Positions 38,319 through 47,734 of a DNA stretch of 64,000 bases are shown here, piece after piece. The notes beneath the pieces were generated by a model. That model did not search any database, had not been told where the DNA came from, and saw nothing but the letters and a program-made list of their open reading frames with translations. Origin of the DNA: an uncultured Planctomycetales bacterium (GTDB taxonomy: Bacteria; Omnitrophota; Gorgyraeia; Zapsychrales; Fredricksoniimonadaceae); contig CAZACW010000002.1 in assembly GCA_964483785.1 (NCBI GenBank), forward strand, positions 16,666 to 80,665. The letters are read 5' to 3'. The translations under genes were made by a program, and so were the position numbers. Within the stretch, counting starts at the first letter, position 1; each line of letters begins with the position of its first letter.

Positions 38319-39315
38319 GGTCCTGATCATTGCCGAGGCCGGCGTTAATCACAATGGGTCACTGAAATCCGCCTTGAAATTGGTGGACGCGGCGGCCATG
38401 GCCGGTGCGGATGCCGTCAAATTCCAGACCTTTGAGGCCCATGCCGTTGTTTCCAAATTCGCGCCGAAGGCCCGCTACCAGATTCAAGCCACAGGCAAGG
38501 AGGGCAATCAGCTGCAGATGATCCAACAACTGCAGCTGGGTCCCGAGGCGCATAAGATCCTGCAGGCCCATTGCCGCCGAAGGAAAATCATGTTTCTTTC
38601 CACGCCTTTTGATGCGGCCAGCATTGATCTGTTAAACGGGCTGGGCCTAAAGATCTTTAAAATCCCTTCAGGAGAAATCACCAATCTTCCCTATTTGCGC
38701 AAAATCGGGGCCTTAAGGAAAAAGATCATCCTCTCGACGGGAATGGCGGATCTGCGGGAAATCCGGGAAGCGCTCAGGATATTGACGGCGGCCGGCACCA
38801 GGAAAGCGCAGATCACCCTGCTGCATTGCAACAGCGCCTATCCATCGCCATTTAAGGATGCGAATCTTTTGGCCATCCCCCGGATGAAATCAGCCCTGGG
38901 CATGGAGATCGGCTATTCTGATCATACCTTGGGGATCGAAGCGGCCGCGGCAGCCGTGGCCCTGGGCGCTGTCATTATCGAAAAGCACCTGACCCTTGAT
39001 AAGCGCTTACCGGGTCCAGACCACAAGGCCAGCCTTGACCCGGCTGAGTTGAGGGCCTTGGTCAAAGCTGTCCGGAATGTCGAATCCGCGCTGGGCTCCG
39101 GCATCAAAAGGCCTTCACCGTCGGAAACGGCCAATATCACCCATGTCCGCAAGAGCATCATTGCCTCCAGGGACATCGGCAGGGGGGAACGGTTCAATGA
39201 AGAAAACCTGACGGTCAAAAGGCCAGGCACCGGCCTTAGCCCCATGCAATGGGACAGGGTCATAGGCCGCAAGGCCGTCAAAGCGTTTCATCAAGATGAA
39301 TTGATCAAGCTATAA
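38311..39315 (+). CDS. neuB: Nonulosonic-acid synthase (NeuB/LegI/PseI family) with a C-terminal SAF domain
   Basis: The N-terminal KVLIIAEAGVNHNGSL segment matches the family signature. The C-terminal antifreeze-like domain is present. Confidence 0.85.
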   Translation: MSKVLIIAEAGVNHNGSLKSALKLVDAAAMAGADAVKFQTFEAHAVVSKFAPKARYQIQATGKEGNQLQMIQQLQLGPEAHKILQAHCRRRKIMFLSTPFDAASIDLLNGLGLKIFKIPSGEITNLPYLRKIGALRKKIILSTGMADLREIREALRILTAAGTRKAQITLLHCNSAYPSPFKDANLLAIPRMKSALGMEIGYSDHTLGIEAAAAAVALGAVIIEKHLTLDKRLPGPDHKASLDPAELRALVKAVRNVESALGSGIKRPSPSETANITHVRKSIIASRDIGRGERFNEENLTVKRPGTGLSPMQWDRVIGRKAVKAFHQDELIKL

Positions 39316-39319
39316 GCCT

Positions 39320-40507
39320 ATGCACAAAAGAACTATCGCGGTTGTCACCGGTTCCAGGGCCGATTACGGCCATCTGTATTGGCTGTTGCGTGCCATTGAG
39401 GAAGATCCGCGTCTCAAACTGAAGATTTTGGTGACTGGACCGCATCTGTCCAGTACCTTTGGCTCGACGTGGAAACAGATCACCCGGGATGGCTTCAAGA
39501 TTGCCGCCAAAATTCCTGTACTAAGCCGGGATAATTCCATGGCCTCCACAGCCGCTGCTGTCGGCCGCGGATGCATCGGCTTCAGCCGTGTCCTTGACAA
39601 GGACCGGCCGGACATGCTGGTGGTCTTGGGCGACCGGTTTGAAATTTTGGCGGCTGTTGTTGCGGCGTATATCCTGAACATCCCCATTGTCCATCTGCAT
39701 GGGGGGGAAGCCACACAGGGCGTCATGGACGAAGGGATCCGTCATGCCATCACCAAGATGTCTTCCCTGCACGGAACCGCGACTAAGACCTACAGGCATA
39801 GGGTCATTCAAATGGGGGAAGATCCACGACGGGTTTTTAACCTGGGGGCCGCAGGCTTAGACCATATCTATCGGATGGATTTGCTCAGCAAGGATGCGTT
39901 GTACCAAGGTTTGGGCCTGGATCTGCGGGAAAAAACCCTGCTTGTCACCTTCCATCCCATGACACGGGAGCGTTCTTCCACTGCCAAGCAGGTCCAACAA
40001 TTGCTTTTGGCCGTGGCCTCCAGCGGCTGCCAGGCCGTGTTCACCAAGGCCAATGCAGACCCTGAGGGCCTGATCATCAACCGTGCCCTGGCCCTCTTTT
40101 GCCGGAGGGACCCATCACGGTATAAATTCATTGATAATATGGGTCAGCTTCTCTATTATAGTGCGCTTAAACATATGGATGCCATGGTGGGCAATTCTTC
40201 CAGCGGCATGGTGGAAGCCCCTTCCTTTCATATGCCGGTGGTCAATATCGGTGACCGTCAGGACGGCAGGATCAAGGCCGCCAATGTGCTCGATGTGGAT
40301 TGCGTGAGTGCACAGATCACAAGGGCCATCCGACTGGCTTTTAGCCCAAGGTTCAGGCGTTCATTAAAATCCCTAAAAAATCCTTATGACCGCTTTCGGG
40401 ACGGCAAAACCAGCCTGCGCCTTAAGGAAATATTGCGCAAGCTCAGCCTGGATGAGAGCTTGATCAAGAAAAAATTTTATGCCATAAAGAATTTCAGCGT
40501 CGATTGA
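39320..40507 (+). CDS. neuC: UDP-N-acetylglucosamine 2-epimerase, hydrolysing type (NeuC/LegG)
   Basis: The N-terminal IAVVTGSRADYG segment is characteristic of the NeuC family. The product is 395 aa. Confidence 0.8.
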   Translation: MHKRTIAVVTGSRADYGHLYWLLRAIEEDPRLKLKILVTGPHLSSTFGSTWKQITRDGFKIAAKIPVLSRDNSMASTAAAVGRGCIGFSRVLDKDRPDMLVVLGDRFEILAAVVAAYILNIPIVHLHGGEATQGVMDEGIRHAITKMSSLHGTATKTYRHRVIQMGEDPRRVFNLGAAGLDHIYRMDLLSKDALYQGLGLDLREKTLLVTFHPMTRERSSTAKQVQQLLLAVASSGCQAVFTKANADPEGLIINRALALFCRRDPSRYKFIDNMGQLLYYSALKHMDAMVGNSSSGMVEAPSFHMPVVNIGDRQDGRIKAANVLDVDCVSAQITRAIRLAFSPRFRRSLKSLKNPYDRFRDGKTSLRLKEILRKLSLDESLIKKKFYAIKNFSVD

Positions 40508-40512
40508 GGAGC

Positions 40513-41388
40513 ATGATGAAAAACATCAGGATCATTCCGCGTCTGGACATCAAGGGGCCCAATTTGGTCAAGGGCATCCATTTGGAAGGCCTGCGTGTCT
40601 TGGGCCGGCCCCAGGACTTTGCCCGGCATTATTATGAGGCCGGCGCGGATGAATTGATTTATATGGACGTGGTGGCCAGCCTTTATAACCGCAACAGCCT
40701 GCATGATATCATCACCAAGACCGCCAAGGAAATTTTCATTCCCTTGACAGTGGGAGGAGGATTGAGAACCATCGAGGATATCCGCCGGGTCTTAAGGGCC
40801 GGTGCGGACAAGGTTTCATTAAACACAGCGGCCATAAGTCATCCGGATTTTATCCGTGAGGCCGCGCGCATGTTCGGCTCCTCCACCATTGTCGTGGCCA
40901 TTGAGGCCATCCGTCAGCCCGATGGCCGGTACCTGGCGTATACAGACAATGCCCGGGAATACACAGGGGTGGAAGTGCTGGCCTGGGCCGGGAAGGTCCA
41001 GGAGCTGGGCGCCGGTGAAATCCTTTTGACCTCGGTGGACCGTGAAGGCACGGGCACAGGATATGACCTGGAGCTGATCAGGTCCGTGGCTGAAGCTGTC
41101 TCCATTCCGGTCATTGCCTCCGGCGGGCCAGGGCAATTGAACGATATCCAGAAGGCCATCCTGCAGGGAAAGGCGGATGCCGTGGCGGTTGCCTCCATGC
41201 TCCATTACGAAACCATCAAGCATCTGCGGGCGGATTTGGATTCCTATCAAGAGGGCAATGTGGAATTTTTAAAAAGCGGCCGGGAATTCACCAAATGCCG
41301 GCCCTGCTCCATTTTGCAGATCAAGCAATATTTAAACCAGCAGGATATTCCCTGCCGGTATCAGCCTAAGGAAGCTGTTCATGTTTGA
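40513..41388 (+). CDS. HisF-like cyclase subunit (WbuZ-type, amidine formation on N-acetyl sugars)
   Basis: TIM-barrel HisF motifs ([20 protein letters not shown]). It is located next to the HisH-like and WbuX-like genes. Confidence 0.75.
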   Translation: MMKNIRIIPRLDIKGPNLVKGIHLEGLRVLGRPQDFARHYYEAGADELIYMDVVASLYNRNSLHDIITKTAKEIFIPLTVGGGLRTIEDIRRVLRAGADKVSLNTAAISHPDFIREAARMFGSSTIVVAIEAIRQPDGRYLAYTDNAREYTGVEVLAWAGKVQELGAGEILLTSVDREGTGTGYDLELIRSVAEAVSIPVIASGGPGQLNDIQKAILQGKADAVAVASMLHYETIKHLRADLDSYQEGNVEFLKSGREFTKCRPCSILQIKQYLNQQDIPCRYQPKEAVHV

Positions 41389-42064
41389 AGCGGACAAGCA
41401 TAAGGTCGCCATCGTTGATTACGGGCTGGGCAATTTGTTCAGCGTCCAGTATGCCTGCCGTGCGGTCGGTCTGGAGTGCATCATCACCCATGACAGGGAA
41501 CTGATCCAAAGGTCCGCAGGCATCATCCTTCCGGGGGTCGGGGCCTTTGGAGATGCCATGGCCAATTTGAAGAAACTGGATTTGGTCGGCGTGCTCAAGG
41601 ATTGCGTGCACATGCACAAGCCCTTTTTCGGCATCTGTTTGGGCATGCAGTTATTGCTTTCCCAAAGTGAGGAATTCGGGATTCATCCGGGGCTGGACAT
41701 CATCCGCGGCAAGGTGATCAGGTTTGACCAGGGTCGAGACCAGCGGGCTGTCAAGATCCCTCAAGTGGGGTGGAACCGCATCCGCATCAATCCCGGCCAT
41801 CCCGGGGCCAAGGAAGGACTGCTCAAGGGAATACACGATGAGGAGTTTATGTATTTTGTCCATTCTTATTATGCCGTCCCGGAAGATGAAAATTTGGTCC
41901 TGACTAAGACCTCGTACGAAGGCATTGCGTATTGTTCCTCCTTCCTGAAAGATTCGGTCTTGGCCGTGCAATTTCATCCGGAAAAGAGCGGGTCCGAGGG
42001 GTTAAAATTTTATCAAAATTGGGCCCATCTGGTCCATGCCGGCAAGGAGCTGGTCAACCCATGA
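41381..42064 (+). CDS. HisH-like glutamine amidotransferase subunit (WbuY-type)
   Basis: Class I GATase with the catalytic GICLGMQ cysteine motif and a C-terminal HPE triad. Confidence 0.8.
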   Translation: MFEADKHKVAIVDYGLGNLFSVQYACRAVGLECIITHDRELIQRSAGIILPGVGAFGDAMANLKKLDLVGVLKDCVHMHKPFFGICLGMQLLLSQSEEFGIHPGLDIIRGKVIRFDQGRDQRAVKIPQVGWNRIRINPGHPGAKEGLLKGIHDEEFMYFVHSYYAVPEDENLVLTKTSYEGIAYCSSFLKDSVLAVQFHPEKSGSEGLKFYQNWAHLVHAGKELVNP

Positions 42065-43269
42065 CAACAGCATTGGAAGTCAAATACGGCCTGCCGGCGA
42101 CGGTGGTTTTTTGCAAGCACTGCGTGATGTCCAACCAGCGGCCGACCTCGGCGGTGGAATTCAAGCACACGATCAACAGCCGCAAGAACACCCTGCATAT
42201 CCATGAAGACGGGATATGTGATGCCTGCTCTTATGCAAAAGAGAAGCTTAAGATCGACTGGAAAAAGCGCGAGGAAGAGCTGCTGCGGCTGCTGGACAAA
42301 TACCGCCGCAAGGATGGGCATTATGACTGCCTTGTGCCCGGCAGCGGCGGCAAGGACAGCGCCTATCAGGCCCATGTGCTCAAATACAAGTACGGGATGC
42401 ATCCTTTGACCGTCACCTGGTCGCCCCTGATGTATACGGATTACGGCTATAAGAATTTCAGGAATTGGCTGGATATCGGCGGTTTTGACAATATCAGCTT
42501 TTACCGCAACGGCAAGGTGATGAAATTATTGACAAGGCTTGGCATCGAAAATCTTTTGCATCCTTTTCAGACCTTTATTTTGGGGCAGAAAAACCTGGGC
42601 CCCAAACTGGCTGCCCAATTCGGCATCCCGCTGGTGTTTTACGGGGAGTGCGAGGCTGAATACGGCAATCCCATTGCGGACAACACCCGCTCCTTGAGGG
42701 ACAAATCCTACCATACCTTCAAAAACATCGATGACGTTTACCTGGGAGGCATTTCCGTCAGGGAGTTGAAGGAGCGCCACCACATCGACATGGAAGAGCT
42801 GATGTGCTTTCTGCCGGCGGACGCGGCCCAGCTGGAAAAAGCGGCCGTGGAGGTCCATTATTTGGGCTATTACCTGAAATGGACGCCGGAGGAGGTCTAT
42901 TATTATGCCGTGGAAAATACCGGATTCCAGGCGCGGCCTTTCCGGTCCCAGGGCACCTACAGCAAATACAACAGCATTGATGACAAAATCGATGATCTGC
43001 ACTACTATACCTTATACATCAAATTTGGGCTTGGCCGGGCCACCTATGACGCTTCCCAGGAAATCCGCAACAACCACATCACCCGTGAAGAAGGGGTGGC
43101 CCTGGTCAAGAAATTCGACGGTGAATTTCCGGACAGATATTTCCGCGAGGTCATGGAGTATATCGGCATGAAGCCGGAAAAGTTCATGGAGCTCTGCGAC
43201 CAGTTCCGCTCGCCGCATCTCTGGGAGCAGGTTGACGGTCAATGGAAATTACGTTACACTGTTTGGTAA
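42061..43269 (+). CDS. N-acetyl sugar amidotransferase (WbuX/PseA-like PP-loop ATPase)
   Basis: PP-loop SGGKDS motif and a length of about 400 aa. Its stop overlaps the HisH-like gene. Confidence 0.75.
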   Translation: MTTALEVKYGLPATVVFCKHCVMSNQRPTSAVEFKHTINSRKNTLHIHEDGICDACSYAKEKLKIDWKKREEELLRLLDKYRRKDGHYDCLVPGSGGKDSAYQAHVLKYKYGMHPLTVTWSPLMYTDYGYKNFRNWLDIGGFDNISFYRNGKVMKLLTRLGIENLLHPFQTFILGQKNLGPKLAAQFGIPLVFYGECEAEYGNPIADNTRSLRDKSYHTFKNIDDVYLGGISVRELKERHHIDMEELMCFLPADAAQLEKAAVEVHYLGYYLKWTPEEVYYYAVENTGFQARPFRSQGTYSKYNSIDDKIDDLHYYTLYIKFGLGRATYDASQEIRNNHITREEGVALVKKFDGEFPDRYFREVMEYIGMKPEKFMELCDQFRSPHLWEQVDGQWKLRYTVW

Positions 43270-43284
43270 GATGAGGAGGGGACC

Positions 43285-43458
43285 ATGGAAGAACAATTGC
43301 TTAAAGGTAATTTCAAGGTCAAACATCCCGTGAAGCAGAAGCCCAAGAAGGACGCTCCGACCTTTTTGGAAGAATACAAGAAAAAGGCCATGGGCTCGAT
43401 CGGAGGCAGCATGGTCTACATGGAGCGCGGCCAGATGACCTGGGACGGAGACCAATAG
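43285..43458 (+). CDS. 57-aa small protein (MEEQLLKGNFKVKHPVKQKPKKDAPTFLEEYKKKAMGSIGGSMVYMERGQMTWDGDQ)
   Basis: A perfect SD (GAGGAGGGG) lies 5 nt upstream of the ATG. The ORF sits in the 192-nt gap of an otherwise overlapping gene array and is below the ORF-track cutoff. Confidence 0.5.
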   Translation: MEEQLLKGNFKVKHPVKQKPKKDAPTFLEEYKKKAMGSIGGSMVYMERGQMTWDGDQ

Positions 43459-43461
43459 CCC

Positions 43462-44484
43462 ATGAAAGCCCAGGCCGTTGGCCCTTTTGAGCGCGTTGTT
43501 GAAGAAATAGCCCAGGTGGGGTTCAAGCACCACCGCCAGACGCTGCTGGAGCATGCCCTTATCAACGCGCCGCAGGCTAAGCAATCCATCAAGGACCTGC
43601 CTGACTTAAAAGGCCCGAAGGCCCGATCAGCTATCGTCATCAGCGCCGGACCCAGCGTCCACCGTCAACACTCTTTAAAGCGCATCAAGGACTTAAACTA
43701 TCCGGGCACGCTGATCTGTGTCGACGGAGCTTTTATCGCGGCCTTGAAAGCCGGCCTCATCCCGGATTTTGTCATGGCCTTGGACCCCCATCGCCGCAGG
43801 CCGGTGCGCTGGTTCGGGGACCATGATTTTGAGAAAAATACGGCGGATGATGATTATTTTGCCCGCCAGGATTTGGACGTCGAATTTCGCAAAAATACCA
43901 TCGCCCAGAACAAGCTCCACATTGAGCTGGTGAATACTTACGGCCCGAAAACCAAGGCCATTGTGGCTTCCTGCGCAGCGGCCAACGTCGTCGGGCGCAT
44001 CCAAGAAAGCGGCATGGACGCCTACTGGTGGAACCCCTTGGTGGATGATCCGCACACCCCGGGAAGCATCACCCGCGCCATGTATGATATCAACCGCCTG
44101 CCCTGCCTGAATACCGGAGGCAATGTCGGCACCGCGGCCTGGGTCTTTGCGGATTCTTTCTTAAAAATCCCTGAGATCGCCCTGGTCGGCATGGATTTCG
44201 GCTATTACGGGGACCTGCCCTTCGAGAAGACCCAGACCTTTTATGAGCTGCACCAGTATCTGCAGAACGCGGAATCCGTGGAGTCCTTGTTCGTGGAATA
44301 TGACTTTCCGTTGACCGGCGAAACATTTTATACGGACCCGACGTATTATTGGTACCGGAAAAATTTTCTGGAACTTTTTTTGCTGGCGCGCGGCCGCACG
44401 TATAATTGCACCGAAGGCGGCACCCTCTTTCATGAGAAGATGCCCTGCCTTTCCCTTGACGATTTTATCCAACGCCACCTTTAA
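43462..44484 (+). CDS. DUF115 (MptE-like) domain protein, a candidate Maf-type nonulosonic-acid transferase
   Basis: The pattern AIVISAGPSV...LICVDGAF...DFVMALDPH matches the DUF115 core shared by Campylobacter motility-accessory-factor (Maf) proteins. Confidence 0.45.
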   Translation: MKAQAVGPFERVVEEIAQVGFKHHRQTLLEHALINAPQAKQSIKDLPDLKGPKARSAIVISAGPSVHRQHSLKRIKDLNYPGTLICVDGAFIAALKAGLIPDFVMALDPHRRRPVRWFGDHDFEKNTADDDYFARQDLDVEFRKNTIAQNKLHIELVNTYGPKTKAIVASCAAANVVGRIQESGMDAYWWNPLVDDPHTPGSITRAMYDINRLPCLNTGGNVGTAAWVFADSFLKIPEIALVGMDFGYYGDLPFEKTQTFYELHQYLQNAESVESLFVEYDFPLTGETFYTDPTYYWYRKNFLELFLLARGRTYNCTEGGTLFHEKMPCLSLDDFIQRHL

Positions 44485-44496
44485 CCCAGGGGACCC

Positions 44497-46080
44497 ATGG
44501 CCAAAATCCTGATGATCAATCCAGTGGTGAGGGAAGAAGACGATCCCAAGCATATCCCCTACGGCATTGCCCTGCTGGCGGCCATTGCCGTCGAAAAAGG
44601 GCATCTCGTCCAGATTTACGACGAGAACGCCTGGCGCAAAGGCCTGGAGGTGGTGGAGCAGGTCTGCCGGGCCGATGATTGGGACGTGATCGCCATCGGC
44701 GGATTGACGACAACCTACGGTTCCATCAAGAAAATCCTTCAAATATGCCGCAAGGTCTGTCCCCAGGCCTTCATCGTGGCCGGCGGCGGATTCTTGACCA
44801 GCATGCCCAAGGAAATGCTCTCCTGGCTGCCGGAAATCGATATCGGCATCATGGGAGAGGCTTTTGCCACATGGCCTGATATCCTTGAAAAGATAGACCG
44901 CAAGGACCTTGATTTCTCCAAGACCTTAGGGGTCTGTTTCCGCGCTCAAGACGGCAAGGTCACCATCACCAACGTGCGGTCCAATATCCATGACCTGGAT
45001 GTCCTGCCGTATCCGGCCTGGGACCTGCTGCCCTTGGAGATATACTTTAAAAATTCCAGCACCACCTACTCCGAAGCCGGCTTTCTGGCCAAGCGGCGCA
45101 TCGATGTGATGGGCTCCTTAGGCTGCAGCCTGATCTGCAAATTCTGCTGGCATTTGGGTACCACCGGCGACATGGTGGTGGAAAAAGACGAGAAGGGCGA
45201 GAATGATGTCCGTTTCACCTACGGCCGCAATATCCGCTATCACAGCCCGCGCTACATTGTCAACATGGTCAAGACCCTCAGGGACAAATACCAGGTGGAT
45301 TTTGTCAGTTTTATCGATGAAAATTTGATGACTATGGACGTGGCCAGCGGCCGCACCTGGCTTAAAGAACTGTGCGCCTTGTGGATCGAGGAAGGGCTGC
45401 AGCCGACGTCCCGGCGCGACGGTGTCCCGGACAATGAGAACAAGGGGGGCGTGTTCTGGGCCGGGACCAGCCATGCCAGCCTTTCCAACAAGGAAATCCT
45501 GCAGATCATGTACAAGGCCGGCTGTTCCCATCTGGTCTACGGCATTGAGTCCTTTGATCCGGTGATCCTCAAAAATTTGGGCAAGGGCGTCAACCAAAAC
45601 CATAATTTGAACGCCCCGCGGATCTGCATGGAAACCGGCATCATCCCCATCCCCAACATCATCATTGGCTTCCCCCTGGAAACATTCCAAAGCGTGCGCA
45701 CCACCATCGAATGCCTGATCAAACTGGGCATTCACTGCAAGCCGCATTTTGCCACACCCTACCCAGGCTCCGAGTGGTATTATGCCTACAAGGAGTCGAT
45801 CCTGGAGCAATACAACGGCGATCTGGAGAAGTTCATCATGGACTTGGGCGATGCCTCCAAAATTTCAGCTGTGATTTCCCATCAATTCTCGCCCATGCAG
45901 CTTTTGGGCCTGCAGCAGATTGTGATGCAGCGGGACCTGAGGCTGTTGGCATTGGCGGAAAAGCATTGGGGCAAGGCTGATGAGCTGGTGCGGCCCCTGG
46001 CCGTGCCCCGGGAGTCCTTCAACATTGTCAAGGCCAAGGTCAAGGCGCCGATGGAAGAAGAGACCAAGGCTTCCTTATAA
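44497..46080 (+). CDS. Cobalamin-binding (class B) radical-SAM enzyme (second copy)
   Basis: An N-terminal B12-binding Rossmann region is followed by a CxxxCxxC cluster (GCSLICKFCWH). The product is 527 aa. Confidence 0.7.
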   Translation: MAKILMINPVVREEDDPKHIPYGIALLAAIAVEKGHLVQIYDENAWRKGLEVVEQVCRADDWDVIAIGGLTTTYGSIKKILQICRKVCPQAFIVAGGGFLTSMPKEMLSWLPEIDIGIMGEAFATWPDILEKIDRKDLDFSKTLGVCFRAQDGKVTITNVRSNIHDLDVLPYPAWDLLPLEIYFKNSSTTYSEAGFLAKRRIDVMGSLGCSLICKFCWHLGTTGDMVVEKDEKGENDVRFTYGRNIRYHSPRYIVNMVKTLRDKYQVDFVSFIDENLMTMDVASGRTWLKELCALWIEEGLQPTSRRDGVPDNENKGGVFWAGTSHASLSNKEILQIMYKAGCSHLVYGIESFDPVILKNLGKGVNQNHNLNAPRICMETGIIPIPNIIIGFPLETFQSVRTTIECLIKLGIHCKPHFATPYPGSEWYYAYKESILEQYNGDLEKFIMDLGDASKISAVISHQFSPMQLLGLQQIVMQRDLRLLALAEKHWGKADELVRPLAVPRESFNIVKAKVKAPMEEETKASL

Positions 46081-47025
46081 TTGTCGACCATGAACATCGT
46101 GATCTTTGGTTTGGGTTCAATCGGCCGGCGCCATGCCGGGATTTTGCGCAAGCATTTTTCCCATGATCTGGCTGCCTTTCGCAGCCGCAGGTCAGGAGCC
46201 CGGCGCCCTGTGGCGGGGATCAGAGAAATCTATACATGGCAGGAGCTGGAAGCTTTCAGGCCTGATGCGGCCTTTATCACCAACCCGACGTATTTGCACA
46301 TTCCAACCGCCCTGCGCTGCGCCGGCTTAGGCATGCACCTGTTCATTGAAAAACCTCTTTCCCACTCTCTGGAGGGGATCGCCCGGCTGGGCCGAATTTG
46401 CCGTCGCAAGAAACTGAGCTGTTATGTGGCCTACGGCCTGCGTTTTCATTCGGTGGTCCAGCGCCTGCGCCAAAAAATTAAGGGCAAAAAAATTGCGCAT
46501 GTGCGCATCGTCTGCTCATCCTATCTGCCGGACTGGCGTCAGGGGCCGCAGGCCAGGCAGGCCTACTCAGGCAAGGCCAAGGAGGGAGGGGGCGTGCTCT
46601 TGGATCTGTCCCATGAATTCGATTATATCCGGTATTTATTCGGTGATTTTAAGATCAGGTCCGGCGTCTTTGCCAGGGCCGGCAAGGTTTCTGTGGATGC
46701 TGAGGACTTTGCGGATGTGTTAATGACTGCGTCCCGCGCGCCGCACATCAATATGCATATCAATTATCTAAGCCGCAGTCAGGAACGGCGCATCGTGATT
46801 GACCATGATAAAGGCACCATCACCGCAGACTTGCTGCGCCAAACGCTGGAGATCAGGGAAGGCCGCAGGCTGAAGATTGAGCGGCTCAAAGGAAGCAGGG
46901 ATGATTATTTGAAAAAACAGACGAGGTATTTTTTCGGCCATATCGGCCGGCCTGGCCTTATGAATGATTGGCAGGAAGCCGGGGATACCTTGGCCAAGAT
47001 TTTAGAGTTCAAGCGCCATGCGTGA
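46081..47025 (+). CDS. Gfo/Idh/MocA-family NAD(P)-dependent oxidoreductase (PtmF-like)
   Basis: IFGLGSIGRRH Rossmann motif. An alternative ATG lies at 46090. Confidence 0.75.
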   Translation: MSTMNIVIFGLGSIGRRHAGILRKHFSHDLAAFRSRRSGARRPVAGIREIYTWQELEAFRPDAAFITNPTYLHIPTALRCAGLGMHLFIEKPLSHSLEGIARLGRICRRKKLSCYVAYGLRFHSVVQRLRQKIKGKKIAHVRIVCSSYLPDWRQGPQARQAYSGKAKEGGGVLLDLSHEFDYIRYLFGDFKIRSGVFARAGKVSVDAEDFADVLMTASRAPHINMHINYLSRSQERRIVIDHDKGTITADLLRQTLEIREGRRLKIERLKGSRDDYLKKQTRYFFGHIGRPGLMNDWQEAGDTLAKILEFKRHA

Positions 47026-47734
47026 AAAAATCCTTTTGACCATATGTGCCAGGAAGGGCTCAAAAGGGGTCAAGAACAAAAACATCAGGGACCTTTGCGG
47101 CCGGCCTTTGATCGCCCATTCCATCCGTCAGGCCTTGTCCTGGGGCAAGGCGGACAAGGTCATTTGCACGACGGATTCCGAGGCCATTGCCGCCATAGCC
47201 CGCCAATGCGGGGCCGAGGTGCCTTTTATGAGGCCGGCGCATTTGGCCACGGACTCCATCGGCAAGCTCCCTGTCCTGCAGCATGCCCTGCGCGAGACCG
47301 AGCGCCTGACCGGCGAACGGTTTGATGTTTTGCTGGACTTAGACAGCACTGCTCCGGTGAGGACCGTCCAGGACATAGACAAGGCCCTGAAGATTTTCAA
47401 GCAAAGCAAGGCCAAGTCCGTCTTCAGTGTGACCCCATGCCGCAAAAATCCCTATTTCAACATGGTGGAGACCGATGCAAGAGGGTATTATCGTCTGGTC
47501 AAGAAATTGAAAAATCCTTTTATGAGCCGGCAAGCCGCGCCCAGGGTCTATGACCTGAACGCCTCCATTTATGTGTACAGCCGCCAATACCTTTTGGATC
47601 CCAAAACCAAGACACCGGTGTCCGACAGGTCCAAGGTGCTGGTGATGGAGGAATGGTCGGCCTTTGACATTGACCATGAGTCTGATTTTCAATTTATTGA
47701 ATTTTTGGTCAACAAAGGATTGGTCAAACTATGA
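47018..47734 (+). CDS. neuA: CMP-nonulosonic-acid synthetase (acylneuraminate cytidylyltransferase family; NeuA/LegF/PseF)
   Basis: The N-terminal ICARKGSKGVKNKN segment matches the family signature. The product is 238 aa. Confidence 0.8.
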   Translation: MREKILLTICARKGSKGVKNKNIRDLCGRPLIAHSIRQALSWGKADKVICTTDSEAIAAIARQCGAEVPFMRPAHLATDSIGKLPVLQHALRETERLTGERFDVLLDLDSTAPVRTVQDIDKALKIFKQSKAKSVFSVTPCRKNPYFNMVETDARGYYRLVKKLKNPFMSRQAAPRVYDLNASIYVYSRQYLLDPKTKTPVSDRSKVLVMEEWSAFDIDHESDFQFIEFLVNKGLVKL

